Of a DNA stretch of 64,000 nt, positions 60,399-64,000 are shown in pieces. Under the pieces are notes generated by a model, which was not told the origin of the DNA, ran no database searches, and saw nothing but the letters and a program-made list of their open reading frames with translations. Numbering within the stretch: position 1 is the stretch's first letter; each line of letters starts with the position of its first letter. The position numbers and the translations under genes were made by a program. Source of the stretch: the human T2T-CHM13v2.0 reference genome, Homo sapiens. The DNA is taken from the NCBI RefSeq assembly GCF_009914755.1, contig NC_060929.1. One strand, written 5' to 3'.

Positions 60399-63300
60399 GT
60401 CAGTTTCAAAGAACAAAATCAGCAAAAATGACCAACAAAAATTATGACTATTTGGAAATTAATTCATAATACTGTGCTTTGATTAAGAAATAATGTGTGC
60501 CCAATTACTTGTTTTGAAAGCAGACATAAACCAGATAAATTAGACAGAGATTGAAGCATGATGTTATACACAATAGAGATTCATTTGTTTTCTTTCCACT
60601 TAAGAAAAATCTATTTCAAAACACAAAATGTATGAAAAATTTATCATGTTACCATTGTGGTTAGTAAAAGTGTATACGGACTGGTCAAGCCAACTCATAT
60701 TTCTGGAACAATTTTTATATTGAATTAATAATTATCTAAACTATTGAAATGCTTAATGAAACATTATAAATTGGTTCTCCATAAAATTGTACCAATTGTG
60801 AATGCCCAGGAGGAAAATAAAATAGTCATTTTAAGTTGCATTTCTTATATATAATTTTCTTTTCCTACAAAGATAACTTTCCATACCATATTGCATATGT
60901 AGGCTAGAATCTAGTGTGACATGCAAAAAAAGTGTGTGGTAAGAATATGAAGAACCCACAAGAAGAGTCAAAGTATCATAAATTAGCTTCAGCCCATTTT
61001 GAAGGTGAAGTTTTATACATCCTTTGAATGGGAGACAAGAACTAGGGCTCTGACTAGACTTGAAAAGAGAGAGTAAGGTTGCTTGCATAAGCTTATTTTC
61101 TGGGTAATAGAAAGTTATCTGACCTTAAACAATTTAGCTGCCATGATTACACAATATACAGAATTCATTAGAAAACCATCTCTTCCACTTTTCTGTAAAG
61201 TTTGTACTTTAAATTAATACTTCTGAAAACTAATGATTTGCCAGATGCCTTTTTTTCCCCAGGAACACTACATACATAAACATTAGTAATTGTATAGGCT
61301 ATCATTAGAAGAGAGAGAGCTGGATAGAAATGAGAGTATTTTACAAAGAGGTGGAATACTTCTAAGAAAGCCTTTGTTTTTGTCACCATATATCCTACGG
61401 CAAGCTTGTGAGATAATTCTAATAAGTAACCACATCTTTGGATGCTATGAAGTTAAAGAACACAAAGTATCAGGAAAGGATAAAACCAAATGGCTAGAAA
61501 TAACCATTAAACTGTTAAACATTTCACTCAGTGGGATATTTTGGATTTTATTAAAAATTAAATCATGGGAAAATAAGCTTAATAAAAAGTTCAGTGAAAA
61601 ACATATTAAAAAATACATTCTGTATACAACTATTATATCTATTCTACATACACACCTACAGTATATAAGCGTATATAATAATAGTATGATGTGATAATAG
61701 ATGAACATTTTTCTTCCCATAATTTAAATTATTTTAAAGCTACATTATGTCTTTCATTAAAAAGAAGAAACAGTGAGTAGGCAAATAACTATTTTTGGAA
61801 AAAATAAACACTAAAAAAGAACTCTTAGGGCAAAATAGAACATGACACTATAAACATAGACAGCATATTCCTATCCTATTGAAAGGAAAAATAGGCCAGA
61901 TCTAGAAGGAAAGTAAAGCAAGGGGCTATGCAAATTATTGATCAAAGAATTAGTTCAGGATACAGACTGTTAAGGAACTAAAACCTGATTTAAGCCATGA
62001 ATATCTGCACTAGATGGTTTTCTTCAAAATTTCCAAATCCAACATTGCTCACAATATCACACAGCATTTTCCATTCCACTAAAGTGAAACCTTGCCAGGT
62101 TTCTTCTTCTCATATTAGTCCACTTCTCCATCTGAGTCTCAATTTCTTGCCAAGGTGCTGACTTAGCAGAAACACCATGCGTAGTGGCATGGTGACTTCT
62201 ACTCCAAACCACGAGACACTTTTCATTTATATTCATCAAAGAAGTACTCCACAGGCATCAAACCATGTACCCAGATCTCAGTTTGTTATTTGATTATCCA
62301 ACTTAATCCCATTAGACACTGATCTTTTAAATAGCACAAAAACTGCTGACAAAATGCCTCTGCAAACATTAAAAACTCCCTATGTGAGGAGTATTCAATT
62401 TCACAATTAGCCTTAGTAAAAACTAGTGTTTACATTTATTTAAATATTAATCAGAAACAATTTTAAATGAAAATGAAAAGCATTGAGTATCTTAAAAAGA
62501 CATAGTGCAATTTAGTGAGATAAGCTGATCTCTCTTCTTTTACACTTAGAACTATCTGGGGATTCTCCTGGAGCACCATTGCCATAAAATGGCCAGTGGT
62601 TTAGTCCTACAGAAACCTATATTTAAAGTCTCTTCCCAATTTATGAAAAATTCCCAACTTCTGTTTGTCACTAAACTATGTTTTAGAGGGTATGCATACT
62701 GTAAATAGTGTTAGGCAATAAAAAGTAAGATACACAGGCAGAAAATAAAATATCTATTACTGTTTCAGAATTCAAAATATCTTAAGAAAAAAGTAACTGT
62801 AAGCTATATACAAGGAAAAGCCACAAGAACTCTTTTAGATAAACAAAATCAGCTGAAAACCAACATCTTAAAATCTTAAAACATCATGTAATTGTGTACA
62901 GATGAGATGATCAGTAAAGCGGTGATTGTGGGCTACTCGGTAAAATATTAATCTAGAAAAAGAAATAAAAAAATCTTCTTTTTTGGTGACTGATATTAAT
63001 AGAGTACCAGACCAAAGCCAGAAGAGCCACATCATGAACAAAGCTGATTATTGACTCACGACTCCATTTTCTCATCAGCCAAATGGGTCGAAAGAGCAAT
63101 CTCATCAAATCTCTCAATTCACAGGGAGTGTAGGGCAAGTATTATTCTAATATTATTATAGAAGTGCACTTGTGGAAAGCAAGGCTTTATAAATGCTGAG
63201 GACTTCCTCTTTTTAACCTATGTTATATTCTTTACTAAAAAGACTAAGAAACAGAATAAAAGAACATTTTTTAAAGCACACTTTTACATAAAAAGTTTCC

Positions 63301-63799
63301 ATAAAACCTAATAGGATTTGTGTGTGTGTGTGTGTGTGTGTGAAACACAAGTAATATGAATAGAAAATGTTTCTAGAGCCAAAATAGTATATTGACAAAT
63401 ATTATAAAATATTCACAACACAAATGAGTTTTTCCATGTAAAATAGCAAATATTAAATAGCAGTTCTCCTGAAAAGACAAATTTAATTTTCAGTCGTGCC
63501 TCACTGGTTTTAGTACCATTTCATGAGGGAAGAAAAAGTAAAACATCTCGGGCTAAATTAAAATTATGCCTAAATTGAGTAATAAACAAATTCCTCACTT
63601 GTCCTTAGCTTTCATCTCTATTTCCTTGATTTTTTTAATGGTGCTTAACCTATTGTATATGTAATCATTTAACATTTGCTGTGCACCTACTAGGCACCAA
63701 GCTCTGGTCTAGGTATTTGAGCTGATAATAGGGAAAATGAGATATAGTCCCTCACTTTGAGGGGTCACTGCTTATTGGAGGATACCAGCATGTAAATTT

Positions 63800-64000
63800 C
63801 CCACCATGAGGAAATACACACTGTTGGTGAGAGTGGAGACTGACAGATCCATTTTGGAAAAAAAATGTCTTTTTCTTCTAAAGTTGAATAGGCATGTAGT
63901 CTTACATATAGCAACTCCACCGCTAGATATATGCCCTAAACTAATTATTGCACATGTTCATTTCTGGAATGCTCAACAATGCTCATAACATAATATTTAA
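63800..64000 (+). mobile_element. Ancient L1M (L1ME-like) fragment
   Basis: 'acacactgttggtgagagt...cattttggaaaa...gcaactccac..ctagatatatgccc' resembles the L1 ORF2 3' region. Confidence 0.55.

Noticed and set aside
63050-63150. Minus-strand donor gtgagt after an open stretch
   Set aside because: The sequence resembles a MIR core (cccattt...gatgagaaaatggag); treated as repeat-derived

Overview
AT-rich, repeat-dense primate genomic DNA, probably human or another ape (AluY, L1PA, THE1 and MER11A/HERV-K11 are present). I can support no intact host protein-coding gene. All long ORFs come from L1, MaLR, ERV or Alu sequence, or from a minisatellite. The window is largely nested retroelements, many with readable target-site duplications (TSDs). 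The standout is a 1.53-kb chimeric insertion at 22469-23998, inside an old L1M and bounded by one 5-bp TSD (ATAAC). It consists of the 3' end of an MLT2A (HERV-L) LTR on the minus strand, a circularly permuted 28S rRNA fragment, and the 3' part of a THE1A MaLR element on the plus strand, so two LTR 3' ends from different families face outward. It looks like a fossil of reverse-transcriptase template switching among co-packaged HERV-L, rRNA and THE1 nucleic acids. Also present: a twin-primed L1 with a 3' transduction, a heavily deleted HERV-K11 (HML-8) provirus nested in a full-length THE1, a near-full-length L1PA with a 5'UTR deletion, and a 33-bp VNTR. Subfamily calls come from remembered consensus sequences and need RepeatMasker/Dfam confirmation.
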